NCBI GenBank assembly: GCA_030704615.1
Contig: CM060734.1
Location: 57,102,001-57,166,000, forward strand
Direction of reading: 5' to 3'
DNA from: Takakia lepidozioides
Taxonomy: Eukaryota > Plantae > Bryophyta
DNA length: 64,000 nucleotides
How positions within the stretch are numbered: position 1 is the first letter of the stretch; every line of letters starts with the position of its first letter. Below, piece by piece: positions 24,267-37,698 of this stretch. Under the pieces are notes generated by a model. It had not been told where the DNA came from. It worked only from the letters and a program-made list of their open reading frames with translations, and searched no databases. The translations under genes were made by a program, and so were the position numbers.

Positions 24267-24948
24267 CAGTGTTGGTATGGTATCTGGGTTTCGCCGGGTA
24301 TCAACCCGGGCATCAACCCTGGTCTCTCCTAACCTAACCTAACCTACTGTTCTCTGTTCCCGTAAATTGTAGTACCCTACCAGAAGGTGCTCGAGTTCTT
24401 TGGCGGCCCCCCAAACCCTAACAGGCGGCAGTTAGGGTTCTCCTTTCCCCGCCCCCTACAAGAGCTCGACTCGTCGCTGCAGGTCTGTTCGGGTATCATG
24501 TTAATATGCACTGGGGTACTTTGTAATGTAGAGTAGAGATTTAGGGCTAGGGAGGGGCTAGGGGCATATACTAGCTATTTGATTGATCTTTCATTTGCGA
24601 GACACTATGGATGCAACAATTCTGATTCAGTGTATAATTGTATGGGGGTTGGTATCCTATGAGATGAGCAGGTACCCCTTGTGGTATTCTTGAATATTGA
24701 ATACTAGTACCATTTTTATTTTATTATTTTCTCAATACCATATCCGAGTTCATATTTCTAGGTTATTGACATTCAGATACCATTGCTCATATCCGGATTG
24801 ATTTATTTTTAAAACCACTCTATGCATACCAGATTCATACTTGAAAAAATCAGGGGCTGCATTATTGGAAAACCTACCTTAAAAAAATTCAGCACTTCAT
24901 ACCAGGACCCTCCTGGTATTTTCAATTCAAGATACCAGACCAACACTG
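24267..24948. mobile_element. Non-autonomous hAT element (MITE)
   Basis: TIRs CAGTGTTGGTATGGTATCT / AGATACCAGACCAACACTG (18/19); perfect 8-bp TSD GTCCAGTC (24259-24266, 24949-24956). Confidence 0.9.
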
Positions 24949-25030
24949 GTCCAGTCCATAGTTGACTAGCCATTCTATGCGATTCCATGCATTGTACAAC
25001 AAAATTAAAATAAATCAAATATATTAAATA

Positions 25031-25065
<35 letters not shown>

Positions 25066-26625
25066 GGAAATACCCGGGAGCGACCGCTCACAAATCAGGC
25101 TAATATTTAGTCAGAGAGATTCAAGATTATGTCGCAAGATGTTTTCCTTGTCAGATCTGAAAACATAAAACATGAAATCTTCAGGTTTGTTGCAATATTT
25201 GGATGTCCCATATATGTGTCAATTGGGAATCCAATGGCAAGGAATATATTGTCGTTCAGCTAAAACAAGACATAAGCATGATAGCATTTCAGTTTGGTAG
25301 AATTTGGTAGACTGTCCAAATTGTCACATCTTGTGCGCCCTAAGATGACAACCACAACTTCTAACATCGCAAGTTTTTTAATGAAAAAGATCTATAGCTT
25401 GCAATATATGATACCTCAAGAGATGGTTAATTGTGATAGATACACTGGTAAGGTAACATGTCGTATGATTGTGTACCATATCTATGATGCATAGGTGCAT
25501 ATATTATATTGATAAAATAAGGTGATGAAGTAAGTTTGAGTGTTTATTGAAGGGAAAAAAAAAAAAAAACTACGAAGAATTATTAAGTGCATATTAAGAT
25601 TGAAAGATTCATCACGTCGTATAAAAAAACACTAATGGATCAGACAAGCTTTGTCTATCTGTCGTTTGTGGCACCATTTACTAGCTGAACCATGCTAGTA
25701 TCAAAAACACATAGATTTTACGATTTGATGATATCTACACAAATATGGAATCTGTTGTCACTCATCACTCATGTCAGAACAAACAAGGGGCTAGTCGCGT
25801 AATGGCTCCACCCTAATTACAAAACTGAAATGTTAGTGTTGGCGGTCCTGATTTTATTGAATTAAAAATGATAAATATTTAACCCTTATCTTCACCTTGT
25901 GGTGTGTGAGCATTACATACACACCACCACTGGGTTTTAGAAATTATGTAGAAAAAAAAAGTACTTCATTTGGAGGCATAATTTATTTTATTTTTACAGG
26001 GAAACACCTAGGAGCGACAGCTCACAAATCAGGCCCCTTAATTATAGTGAGGAAAAAAAATAACCTCTTTCAGAGTAACCTCTCCGTAGGCTTTCGCATG
26101 AGACACCGCCCAAGGGAAGGGGGAGAAGAACATACACATTTTCCCTTGTCAATTTTGAGATCTTCAGGGTGGAATTGGCTCATTTTTTGATATGTCGTGC
26201 ATGAATGAGCTGGGCCCACTTCCATATGGCTGGAATCTATGGATGATTTTTGGTAGGTTTCTGTGTGCAATTTACTGCAGTTGGGTACCCAAAATTGTTA
26301 AGAAGTCCAAAAAGGGCTTGGGAAATTAAGGGTTAAAACATAAAATCCGAACTGTCAGCACTGCAGAGTTCCCTGAGGACAACAATTAACAAATAAATGT
26401 CAGATTTAGAACCAGAATATTTTCTGTTTTCAGCTCGTTTCTTTAACGTCCAGTGAATTTACAGAGAATAATAATAATAAATTAAACGAAGGAAACAAAT
26501 GCGAAAATATAAAATTGAATGTGCAATTGGAGGGACAAATCTGAAGAGAACTGAATATAATGGAATTCAATGTGATAAAACTGACAGGAACTGAATATAA
26601 CGGAGGTCATTCCGATAAGATTGAG

Positions 26626-27772
26626 GCGCAGCGCACACTCCTTGTTGGGGACACGACCTGGGCCTCCGGTGGCTGCAGGAAGGAGAGGCTCACAACCTTC
26701 TGGGTCACTTGGTGGGCCACGGGCTCTATGACTCCCAACGTTGCGAGGCAGTTATTCAAAAGCTCAAGCGCTCCATGAACCACTGGTGCGCGCTTTTCCT
26801 TTCAATTGTGTGCAGAGCCCTTGTGGCAAACCAGGTATTGCTAGCCTCTACTTGGTTTAATGCTGCGGATAAGTCGCCTAGCTCTTCCATGGTTAAGACG
26901 ATCAAGGCTCTAATTAGAAACTTCATTTGGGGAGCATCCAACCCAGATCAAACTCGCAGAGCCCTAGTTAGCTGGGCTCAGATCTCGCAGAAGAGAAAAT
27001 ACGGGGGGCTTGGCATCTTAGACCCTTTCGCGCAGATAATTGCACTACTTGCAAAATGGGTCCCTAGAATGCTTCTCAATCTTTCGTCGCTACGGAGTCT
27101 GCTCGTCCGGGGACACGTCTTGGATGCAGGCCCTACCTCTGATTTCTGGCCTCAGTCATTAAGATGGATCGTTCAGGGATCTAGATCCTCCAGAGCCCAA
27201 CCTTTGGGCTCCCCGGCTTGGCAACCTATATGGGCAGCTTGGACCCGTATGCGTCATTTACTTTTCCAGTCTTCACCTTCTACGGTGGAGGAAGCCCTTG
27301 GACAGCCACTCTTCGCTGCTGCTAGATGTTCAACCACGAGAAGGAGAGGGCAGCTATTCACTCGCTTTGATAACTCCTGGGGACAGAGCGGGAGATTATG
27401 CACAAGAGCCTCATAATCAAAGATTGTTTGGAACGACGACTTCCCCCCAACATGTTGGCAGTTCCATCAGCGAGCGTAAATCTAGAGAGCTTGAGGAATC
27501 AGATGTTAATTGGCGTCACAAGCGCCTTAGGAAGGGCAAATCTAAGGCCCACCTTTCCTTTGACTCCTCTAGACGCTAGATATTATTTCTGGCATCATCT
27601 CTAGCAGCGGATCTTCTCATCCTCCGTATGCATTCTTAGATTTTGGGTCACGGGCCAAAGTCCCTTTTCTCATCCTCATGGTGTTGTTTTCCCGAGGTTA
27701 TTTTTTCCTCGATTTTATTAATAAAATCTTCCAGGACCCTGTCCCCTGTTAATTAAAAAAAAAACAAAAAAC
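26626..27772 (+). mobile_element. 5'-truncated L1/Tx1-clade LINE
   Basis: ORF2 C-terminal signature IRNFIWG...LVSWAQIS..RKYGGLGI.D; A-rich tail at about 27755-27771; TSD AGATTGAG (26618-26625, 27773-27780). Confidence 0.85.
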
Positions 27773-28806
27773 AGATTGAGAGAAAATGAATATAATAGAG
27801 CTGAAGGGATAAATTTGAAGGGAACTGAATATAATGAAATTATAACACTCACCAAGTTATGCCATGGATAACAATAGAGGGATGAGTATTTAGAGTATAC
27901 TGAAAATGGCTATTTATTGGGGAAGGTATCATCTTGATAAATAGGTATTAACTAGGGAAGGTACATCAGGAGAAAACAATGGATGCCTGGTCTTTCCCTA
28001 GGGACATAGTTCACTCAAGTCATCGGAGCTTCCGGAAAGCTCTAGTAAAGTTAGCAGATTTAGACCCAAGGCATGTGGCCCGATGTTCTGGGGTTTGAAC
28101 CCGTTCTCTCTGCCTTTTGGCAGGGGCTCTGCTTTCATGGTCCCCAAAGGCTGTTTATTTCCGTCCTCAAGGCCGAGTTGCCAGGGCTGGGTTTTTCCCC
28201 TTGGAAACAAAAAGCAAAGCAAAGAAAAATTTCACAGAAATATAATCAGATCAGACATTTCGACAAACATACCACCACCAATTGGTAGTAGAAGATATTA
28301 TTGTATGATGGTGCATATCTGGCTTTGGCAAGAATGAATCGAAGTCAACTGCCATCAGCCCATGGATGCATTACAACGGCAAAGACGTTAGTTGCAGAAT
28401 AAGAGAACCAATATACATTTTTAGGTGCTCAATAACAGTGTTGAGTAAGTTGCCGCACAGCAGAATTGTCATTCACATTCATCTTGACCTGAAGTGCCAC
28501 CCGGCTGACTAGGCCAAAAGGCTCCCATGCCAAGGCTCTCCCTTGTTCTGAACTAGTGTGTATTATCCATAAAAGGGCTAACTTGCTGGCCCTTACAAAA
28601 GAGTATGTCACTATTGGTCCATGGTGCACCCTCATAGTGGTTGGCAGCAATAAGTAGCCTTCAGGAAATTTGTGGATACAATAATACGTTGGACAGCCAG
28701 GTTACACATTGAGAAGAAGCACACCATAAGCCAAAGCAGAATGGCCATTGATCCCATGCTTATCGCCACCACCAAGAATTTGCCAAACACTGATTTGTGT
28801 AAGGAT

Positions 28807-31800
28807 CTAGCCATATTTTGTGTAAAGGACATCCTCCCATGGATGGCGATAGAGAGGCTGCTTCAAGCGCTTTTGATCGAAAGTGTGCCTGCATGATGGA
28901 AACAAGAAAGTGAGTGGAAGAAGAGTGACTAAGGGCTGCTAGTATAGAGCATCCTTGCACAACCATGGCCCCTTAACTGCTGAGGCTAGGGCATCATTTG
29001 TTTTGAGGAACCCTGGGCACCTCAATAGTTTTAGAGATTAACTGTAAAATTCCTCCTGCAGGTCTCATTCACCTTGAGAGGAGAGAGGTGCTTGTTCAAA
29101 TCACAACACATTGGAAAGTTTCACTCCTCAGCATGGGTTAGACCTATGAATTTCCTTTTACCCGGCTCAGTTATGTACTCTGCAATGTGTCTGGATGGAA
29201 AGGGCCTTGAATACCAGCGGTTCATCAAAAGTGCAAAGAGGCTGAGAGTACTTACATGCTGGGCTTCTGCTTGGTCACTTTTAAGCAACGTTCACTAATC
29301 TTGGCCTCAGTCCCCTCAACTTACTTCTCTAGGAGGTCAGTCTTTGAGACACTCAATGACAGGAACCTCAGGCTTCCCTCTTCAGAATTGCTCAGTTCTC
29401 TTTTCATAGGATAGAATCGAATTTTTCAGGCACCTAATTTTGTCCATTTGAGCCAATGTCACACATCACTTCAATTCACCTCTGGAGATCGAGGTGGGAG
29501 AGTACATCCCGTTCAGGAGAAGTAAACTTTATAATGTCCACGGGACGCTCTTATGGGACAAAGAAACAGAAGATGAAATGAATCGAATAAATGGGCCCTC
29601 ACCAGCCAGCCTCCACCAGAGAGACACAGAAACTCACCCAATTAGACCGATGCTCCGAGCCAGTACAAAAAGGCCATTCAGGTACCCAATCTCGATGATC
29701 TCATCAATCTCCTGTTGAGTGAACATGGCACAACTCGAAAGCAGATCTAGGAAGAGGGATCCAATACAGCCATCCACATTCATAACAAGGTTGCTGGCTT
29801 TGGAAAGAGTGTAGGTCTCCACTGTCACAGCATAGTCCATGTATTTCACCGCAGGGAAATGCTGCCGCGCATAACGTTGCAGCAGCTCCACCCTCTTATC
29901 ACGGTTGTCACGACTTTTGATCCTGTTTGCATAAACACATTGTGAGGTTCGTCTGTTTCTGTGTCTCTCAACTAACGTATGTAAGCTGCACTATCTGCAC
30001 TTTGAAGTAAGAAAAACCATGCGTTGCCGCTTTATTAGGCAAAGCGGCCTGCCTTGGAGTACGCATCTGCAGTATGGGTTGATAACTCTAACCAGGCTAA
30101 GTCTCTAGAATCCATTCAAGTGGGGGTGCTTAAGGAGTGCATGTCAGCATGCTCCGAAACAGCCAACATGGCTATTCGAGGTGAGTTTGGCATCCCTTCC
30201 TTAAGCTACCGACGAGATGAATACAAGGTCAGATGGTGGGGTCAGCTGCAACATATGTCTAATATCAGATATCCTAAGTTAACTGACTCTATATCTTGGA
30301 AGCACGATCGCCCTGTCAAACAGGCTAGGTCCTGGTGGAAGAGAGTAGAAGAGATTCTCAAGGATCTGAATCCAAGCTCGCAAGGCTTGACCCTGCTGGA
30401 TAAATCTGACTTAGAGGCTGTAATGTCCAAAGCCATGCGTGTTGCCAGGAAATTGTCTGATGAAAGTGAAGTTAGGCTGAAAACTTCCCCGAACTTGTTT
30501 CCAGTCTGTGACATGGAAGAGGCCATCATGGATGACCTCAATGGTTTACCCACCCTCGGTAGTAGACTAAGCTCAGGGCAGGAAGCCTACCTTTGAACAG
30601 CAAACAGATGCAGAGAGGAAAGAGGGATTGCAATTGCCCATTGTGTGCGCAACCTGAAGACAATATTCAATTTCTGATTCCTTGTCCTGGGTACTCTCGC
30701 GAAAGAGACGCCCTCTTCAAATCCATGAAGGGAATTGTGCCTGAACCTCTGTTTACCAACTTTGAAAGTCTCGAGGCTGAGGCAAAAAGCCCAGGCCCTA
30801 TTAGGGCCTAGTTATTGGGCAAACCACACACAGCAGATTGATGCATGTGTGAAGGGATTTCTAGAGGGTATCTGGAAAACTCGGATTAATTGTCTGTTCC
30901 AAGGCAAGTCATACTACTGGCATCAGCCCCTGACAAGGTAGTTTCTGTCCCTTCGTGTTTCGCTCAAACTGAGCGCAGGGTCAATGGCCACAAGGCTACA
31001 GCAAACAACGTCTTATGGGTACACTCTCTCTCTCAGCCCAGGCCCTTTTGGTAGTATTGGGCAAATCACACACAGCAGATTGATGTTGTGTGAAGGAATT
31101 TCTAGAGGAAAAAACTCGGATCAATTGTATGTTTCAAGGTAAGTCATACTACCGGCGTCAGCCCCTGACAAAGGTAGTTTCTGTCCCTTTGTGTTCCGCT
31201 CAAACTGGGCGCAGGGTCAATGGCCACAAGGCTACGGCAAACAACGTCTTATGAGTACATTCTCCAAGTCCTGCTATCGGAGTAAGCCCCTCACATGGTT
31301 CTCAAAAGGTGTTATAGCCTTAAAGATGACCAAATCCAAATGAACAACGTCTGTTGAGTCTGTCAACTCTCGCCGGCAGTTGATTTCAGGATTGAATCCT
31401 ACAATTTTGCCAAGGACTACAACTGTATCCATCCAATGCAAAGCATCTGTAGAGCCAGGCAAGTGACGCATTAATGTAGGTTCCAGAGTTGCAAACGTTA
31501 CCGGTGACCAATACCCGGTACACGAATGCCCTTCTTCTTCATGCTTTCCACAAAGTTGTAGGGTGTCAGGCCTCTATCGTGAGCATCTTTGAAGTAGCGG
31601 GCAGCATCATCAATAGCTCCACCAAATCGTGGTCCAATGGTGAGAAGACCTGCTCAAGGGAGACATAATTTGGTGCAATTGCTATCATAGAATTGACAAG
31701 AACAGAATTGATAGAAAACAATGCAGAATCATTTGGAGAGCACTAGGTAACATGTTACATGACATGCCAAGTTACTGACTCAGGTTATTAGGATTTGCTA

Positions 31801-34800
31801 GGCACAATAAACTCACCTGACACAAGGCTAGAGACCAGATCTTTCCCAGCTCGGGCTGTGACAATGGTGTTGTGTGCCCCAGACACACATGGGCCATGGT
31901 CTGCACACAACATGATGCACATCTGCACTCCCACCACTACCACTTTAAAGCCAAACCTCCGTCTTGGAAAAGGAATACATTCCATGTCTACGTGTGGCCT
32001 GAGCATGCATTATGTCCCTCATGCTTGTTCTAGTTTAAGCATCATTGCCTTCAGTTTTCTTGTACATTGTTGACATATTACATCCTTGCCTATATATAGG
32101 TTTTCTGAGAATTCCAATCACCATCCCTAACTCAATAAATTTCCAGGAAACATTATGTTTGTTTATGGATGCAAACATGGCCAAAGGAGACTGCACACTA
32201 TTCACCTCAATAAATTTAGTACAGTAGCGTGGCAGACTGCGTTTGAACCACAAAAGCGAGATCACATCACCAATGCCATAGTCTTGCTCAATTATGGTTG
32301 ACATAGCCACACCTGCATATGTTGGCTCCTCTCCTGCACAAGCCATAACATAAAAGCTGCAATCTTCAAACCCTAGATTCCTTGGACCAACTGACAGTCA
32401 CCTTTTGACCACTGGCTGCTTAGGCTGGTGGAACATGCGGATATACCTGGCTATTATCTCATGGAACCAAGTGAAAATAACCCAGTGTATTGGAGTGAAT
32501 GTACCTTGGAAATTAGCCTGCTATGTATGAGTTATCCAGATGAAACCACCCAGACAGCCTACAGCCTAACCCACGTTATATGGTTTCAAGTTACCTCTAT
32601 CATCGCAAATAGTTGAAACAATGTGTGTCGGCGCCCTTACTTTCCCACTTTTGATAGCCATGTTCAGATCCTCCGGAACGGGGGGTGGGGTGATGTCCTT
32701 CACAGGTGATATGACCTTCTTTTCTACCTGCCAACATGTACAACTCTCGCATCATCCGTCACCACACTACTTGTTTACCTGACTGATTGAGCTCTGACTG
32801 TAGTTTTTATTCTATTCCCACCAAAGCAAACAAGACTGACACAAGATTCCATATTGAGAGACGAATAGGGACACTGGCACACATACCAGCTTGTTGTAGG
32901 TCTCTTTGATGGTGGCTTCCAAGCCTTCAAAGGAGGTAGGTACAATAGCACCGGCCTCTTCTAAAGCCTTGTTCTTAGCCTGAGCTGACTCCAAATCTCC
33001 ACCACTCTTGGCACCCTGTTCCAGACCATCACAGCATAATGGAGAACTAACTTGTCATGGGAACATAATTATAGTCCGTTTCATACACAATATGCCATAC
33101 GACAGAAAAATAGAGAAGAGATTTCCAACTGAGATTGTCAAGAAAGGACATAACAGGTATGCTGGTGCTGCGTGCACATAAGGAAGGAAGAAAGAAACTT
33201 GTATAAGGTCCACGAGAGACAAAATTACTCATGAGCCATTGTTTGCCATAGCCTTGTGGCCATGTACCACCATCTTCCCTGATGTCATTTTTGTCTCAGG
33301 TACAGGACAAAGAACTGGTGAAAGAAAGCAAGAAAGGAAGAAAGCGGGACTCACAGCATGGCCAAACTGGACTTCTGACTTGAAGAGACGGGCGCAAGTA
33401 CCGCTAACCCAGGCCACCAAGGGCTTCTGCACCTTCCCCTGTTGCAGTGCTTCCACTAGCGAGTACTCATCCCGACCTCCCAACTCTCCCAATACCACTA
33501 TCATTTTTATCTGTTCCACACTCCACAAGAGCGGATTGAATCTTAAGTTTCATCAGGTAGCTCAAAAATCTGGGCTGAACCCTTGTGCAAAAAAGACATT
33601 GCCTCCTCTCATACAGTGAAGCCTGGTAGCCCCCACAAAGAGCAAATTCACTTTGATTCACATCATAGGCCCTACTGCTGTTATGAAATTCTTCAGCACT
33701 TGAACATTAAGGAGCAACATAGTTCCTACAAAGTTTTACGGCAACAAACACTGTCAACGGGAAATTGTCACATCCATTTTCTCAATCTCCCTTATGATAC
33801 ATAACGGTAGACATACAACAATTACTGCCTATTTGAGGTATCAGTTTTATCAGAGTGACCCATTCTCCAAAGAATTCTGACATTCATAAGCTCTTTAGTA
33901 GGACAAAATCCCAAGAGGCATTCTTTAAGTAGCATCAACCAGCACCACAATTAGGACAACATTTACTAGTTCCAAAGGGCTCAGATAACTTAGCCTACCT
34001 GAGGAATATTATTGAAGCGCAAAACATGGTCTGAGAGTGTGGAGCCCGGGTAGACATCCCCTCCAATTGCAATGCCTTCATAGAGGCCATCAGTGACACG
34101 AGCAAGGACATTGTACATCTCATTCGACATACCCCCCTGCCCAAACCACAGGCGTACATGGTGGTGTCACTACTACCCTAAATGGACATTAAGGGGAGTT
34201 TGGAAACACCATGTTTCAGGCTAGGTTTTTTGAGACTGCATGCAGCTAAACTAAACCTGTGCACCTATGATTCCACTTCTAAGGATTTGAGTTCTGGATT
34301 TTTCACAGGGCTCCCTCCTTACAATCTCAATTTTGTGGACGGGTCTCACATGTGAACTGCCCCGAAATCTCTACAACAGAGAATCTATGTGAAATTGTTA
34401 AGAATCCTAACCAACCCACCAGGCACAGCTCGGACTAATGCATCGAAGCCCAACTATCTTCTTTGAACACTGATGTATGATTACTGATGTAGTCAAATTA
34501 CTGATCAAGAAAAGTTTCTCCGAATGGTGACTTGACATCCTATATGTGCACCTCCGCAATTTCAGACAATGTTGGCCAAACTAACACCAAGGTGAAGTTG
34601 AGTGAAACTTACAGATTTCGATACAAAACCAACAGAGCCAGGTCGGTAGAGCTTGCAATGAATTATATTGTCCAGAGTACCAGCCGTGTCTCCAATTTTG
34701 AAGGCACCGGCCTGGATGCCACCAACTGTAGCAGGGCCTATGATCACCTATCAAGTCAAAGCCCATGTGAGCAGATAACATCCTCCCTTGCCATCTGTTC

Positions 34801-37698
34801 CTATCTTTCTATTGGTCTTATGAGTACATTCTATTGGTCTATCTGCTCCAAAGATCTTGTCTGCTAGACAGAATTCTGGACACAGACGTCCAACAGGTTC
34901 TAGAGCTCTTAACAACATGTGCACATATGCATCTCATTCAATCCCCAAAACCTCAAAACTTATTCCAGCAAAAATCACTGGCCTTTCCCCGCAATAGCTT
35001 ACCATGTCCAGGCCAGGAGTCTTCTGAGGTCCTTGGTTGACACAGCCAATTAATGTTTAGTTCTGTGTTGAAAAAGGAAGACAGCAACCGGTGGGCATGT
35101 CTCTAGGGGCAAAACAAAACAGACTACATAATAGGTCCTCCACCAACCTTGTTGTTAGCGCGAGCATAAGCAATAAGTTTCTTAGCATCTGCCTCCGGCA
35201 CTCCCTCAGCAATTATTGCCACCACTCGAATTGTTGGCTGCTTAAGCGCCTCCATGGATGATACAAAAGAACTACCAGCACACACAACTTACAAATCAAC
35301 ACCTGTGTTCCAAACCAACAATTGCAACGTTTCCTCCAGGCCGTATATTTATTTAGCTTGCTGGTAGCTTGTAGCCTTCAGAATTTTTCAACTTGCAAAA
35401 ACATAAACTTCTTCTTTGCATCTGGATTCACCACTTCTATATGCCATGGCAAGAAAGTATGGTCACATGTGGTAGGTCCTAGCCCCAAAGCCTTCTGCAT
35501 GGACACCATTGAAGAGTGGTTCATGGCTGATCTATTTGATGCATGAATAACTCTTATCAGCTCTGGATGGACAGAAGTCAGAAGAATAGTATTATTTGAC
35601 ATGTTCCCAGGCATCCTAATCAAACTACTCTACTAAAGATACCTCTTCAGTCCGGGCAATATGATCACAAAACCAAGAGGAGTGTCAAATGCTATGCTCA
35701 CGTACATGAGGCACCCTGTCTCCAAGTGATGTTAGGAGAAGTTTGATACATTCTTGTGGTTTTAAAATGTGTTTCTCATAGGTCCTCTGGGCTTATCTAT
35801 CTTTGCTGCGTTTTTTCTTGTTGGTCTCTGTGTGCATAGGTCTCTTTGGGCCTCAGGTTTCTGTGATTCTATTGTGTTCTCCTATTCGAATTTCCTTGGG
35901 CTGAGCTTCCTGCAGACATAAGAATTTTCTTTCTTTCTAAAGTACCATTTCATTTCATTCTCTCTCTCAGTGGGAGTAAACAACGTCTCGGGCATTCTCA
36001 TCAGAGAGTGACACTCTTCAGGACCGTCAAGAACATAGTGCCTGAACAAGTTTCAAAATCTCGATCCTAAACCCAAAGCCCTGCCCCTGTTGGGGTGTAT
36101 TTGCTGGGCAGCTCACACACAGCAGATTGATGCTTGTGTGAAGGGCTTTCTTGACGAAATCTGGAAAGCTGGAACTGATTCTTTCTATCCAGGTAAGTTC
36201 CACAATTGGAGTGAGCCCCTCACAATTCCCTCTTGCTTCGGCCAAACTGCTATGGCCACAAGGCTACAGTAAATACTATCTTATGAGTACATTCTCAGTG
36301 GGAGTGTGGTTAAACCTGCGAAAAGATGAAAAGTTGATGAAGACATCGGCTGTTGCATGAGCCTTGCAAGCAGCAGAGATGCTGATACACACCAACACCA
36401 AAAACAAGTGAATTTCATGTCGGGTGTGTTGAAGAGTGAGCAAAAAGGAGCAACAACCAAATACATATATCCCCATACATAAGAAAGCATTTGTAAATGT
36501 TCCATGTATGACAAATACAGACTTGGAACGCTCAAATGAGAGAGATAAATCCCCAGATAATTCCAGTCGACTTTCCCTTCTCAAACTGTCGAAAGATCAC
36601 TGCTTTTTGTCCAACTGGCAGCTTCTGAAAAGATGCAAGAGTGTGAAAGAGACGTTGAATCCGAGCCCCAGAATATGACCTCCAGTTTGACATGCATTTA
36701 AAGGTCTTGCTACAAACGTCACAAGATATCTAGTATGCCAATCAAAAACAAGTATGTGAGAAAGGTTGTTTTGTCTCATCAACGAGCACACCTGCCATGA
36801 ACTGGCACCGCAATTTCTTCTTGTCCAAAGAACAACTTATGAAAGCCCTCTGACCCGGGGTGAATCACTCCTGCAACAGATGGTATCTCTCTTCCTGCCT
36901 CCCAAGTTCCATCCACAGACGAAGAATGAGGAGTCTGGAAAGAACTGGTCAATAGTCTCACACATTTCCGTTCTGTAACTTCTGAATACTGCCCGATGAG
37001 CAATTTGCATATAGAGAAATAAGAAGGCCAACCCTGCCTGTCGCACTCCTTGCAACTTCCAAATCCGAACTATGAACAACGTGCGTCAGCTGAATTGCTG
37101 TTAAATCCGTCCAAATATGCAATTAAATCCGTCCATGCAAACGGAGTAAATATCTTCACAAGCGACATAATTCACGAACGCCCCTCATTAAAAGTATGAA
37201 AAAGTATGCAGACCATCCCCGGTAATGTAGACTTCAAAAGATGCTTCTTACAACATTGTCGCAGACTGTTTAGGTGCCGTTTGCAAATAAAACTAATGCA
37301 ATTCTGCGCTTTCAATTACATGTAATTTGGTAGCCAATGCAACATTTTGCAATATTCAAGCAATTGTTCCCTCTCATAGAATTCTCGAAATCATCTCTCA
37401 TGCTGCGTCACCAAAATTTCAAGCACAAACTACAATCTGCAACACCGAAATCGATTTCTTCTCCAATCCATGCGAAAACAGTAATCCCTTTCGGCAAAAA
37501 TTCTGAACAACCGCAGGAAAATCTAAGCAACTGGACTAACTGATTTCCCGCGGGTGAAAGTAGAATGCACTTGTGCCAAACACAACTACACGACATACCA
37601 CATAGAAAGTCAAAATCAAGCATGCGCTGCACCGGGCTCTGTTTGTAGTTATAGAACAGGGCCTGAGTAGTGCGCGAAAAAAGTTGTCCCGTCGACAT
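28807..37698 (-). CDS. ACLB: ATP-citrate lyase beta subunit, 14 coding exons, 610 aa
   Basis: Exons 37599-37698, 36792-36894, 36316-36381, 35148-35271, 34613-34747, 33999-34136, 33355-33510, 32887-33015, 32595-32727, 32206-32333, 31817-31922, 31502-31649, 29638-29922, 28807-28888 total 1833 nt; [15 protein letters not shown]...VQFGHAGAKSG...[12 protein letters not shown]...[10 protein letters not shown]. Confidence 0.97.
30040..31264 (+). mobile_element. RTEX-like LINE 3' fragment plus a second, shorter 3' fragment in tandem, in an ACLB intron
   Basis: LEYASAVW...AIRGEFGI; C-terminal CPLC..ED..QFL..CP.Y; 3' ends cttatgggtacactctctctctc (about 31033) and cttatgagtacattctc (about 31264). Confidence 0.8.
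35978..36292 (+). mobile_element. RTEX-like LINE 3' fragment in an ACLB intron
   Basis: [16 protein letters not shown]; TSD tctcagtgggagt (35965-35977, 36293-36305). Confidence 0.75.
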
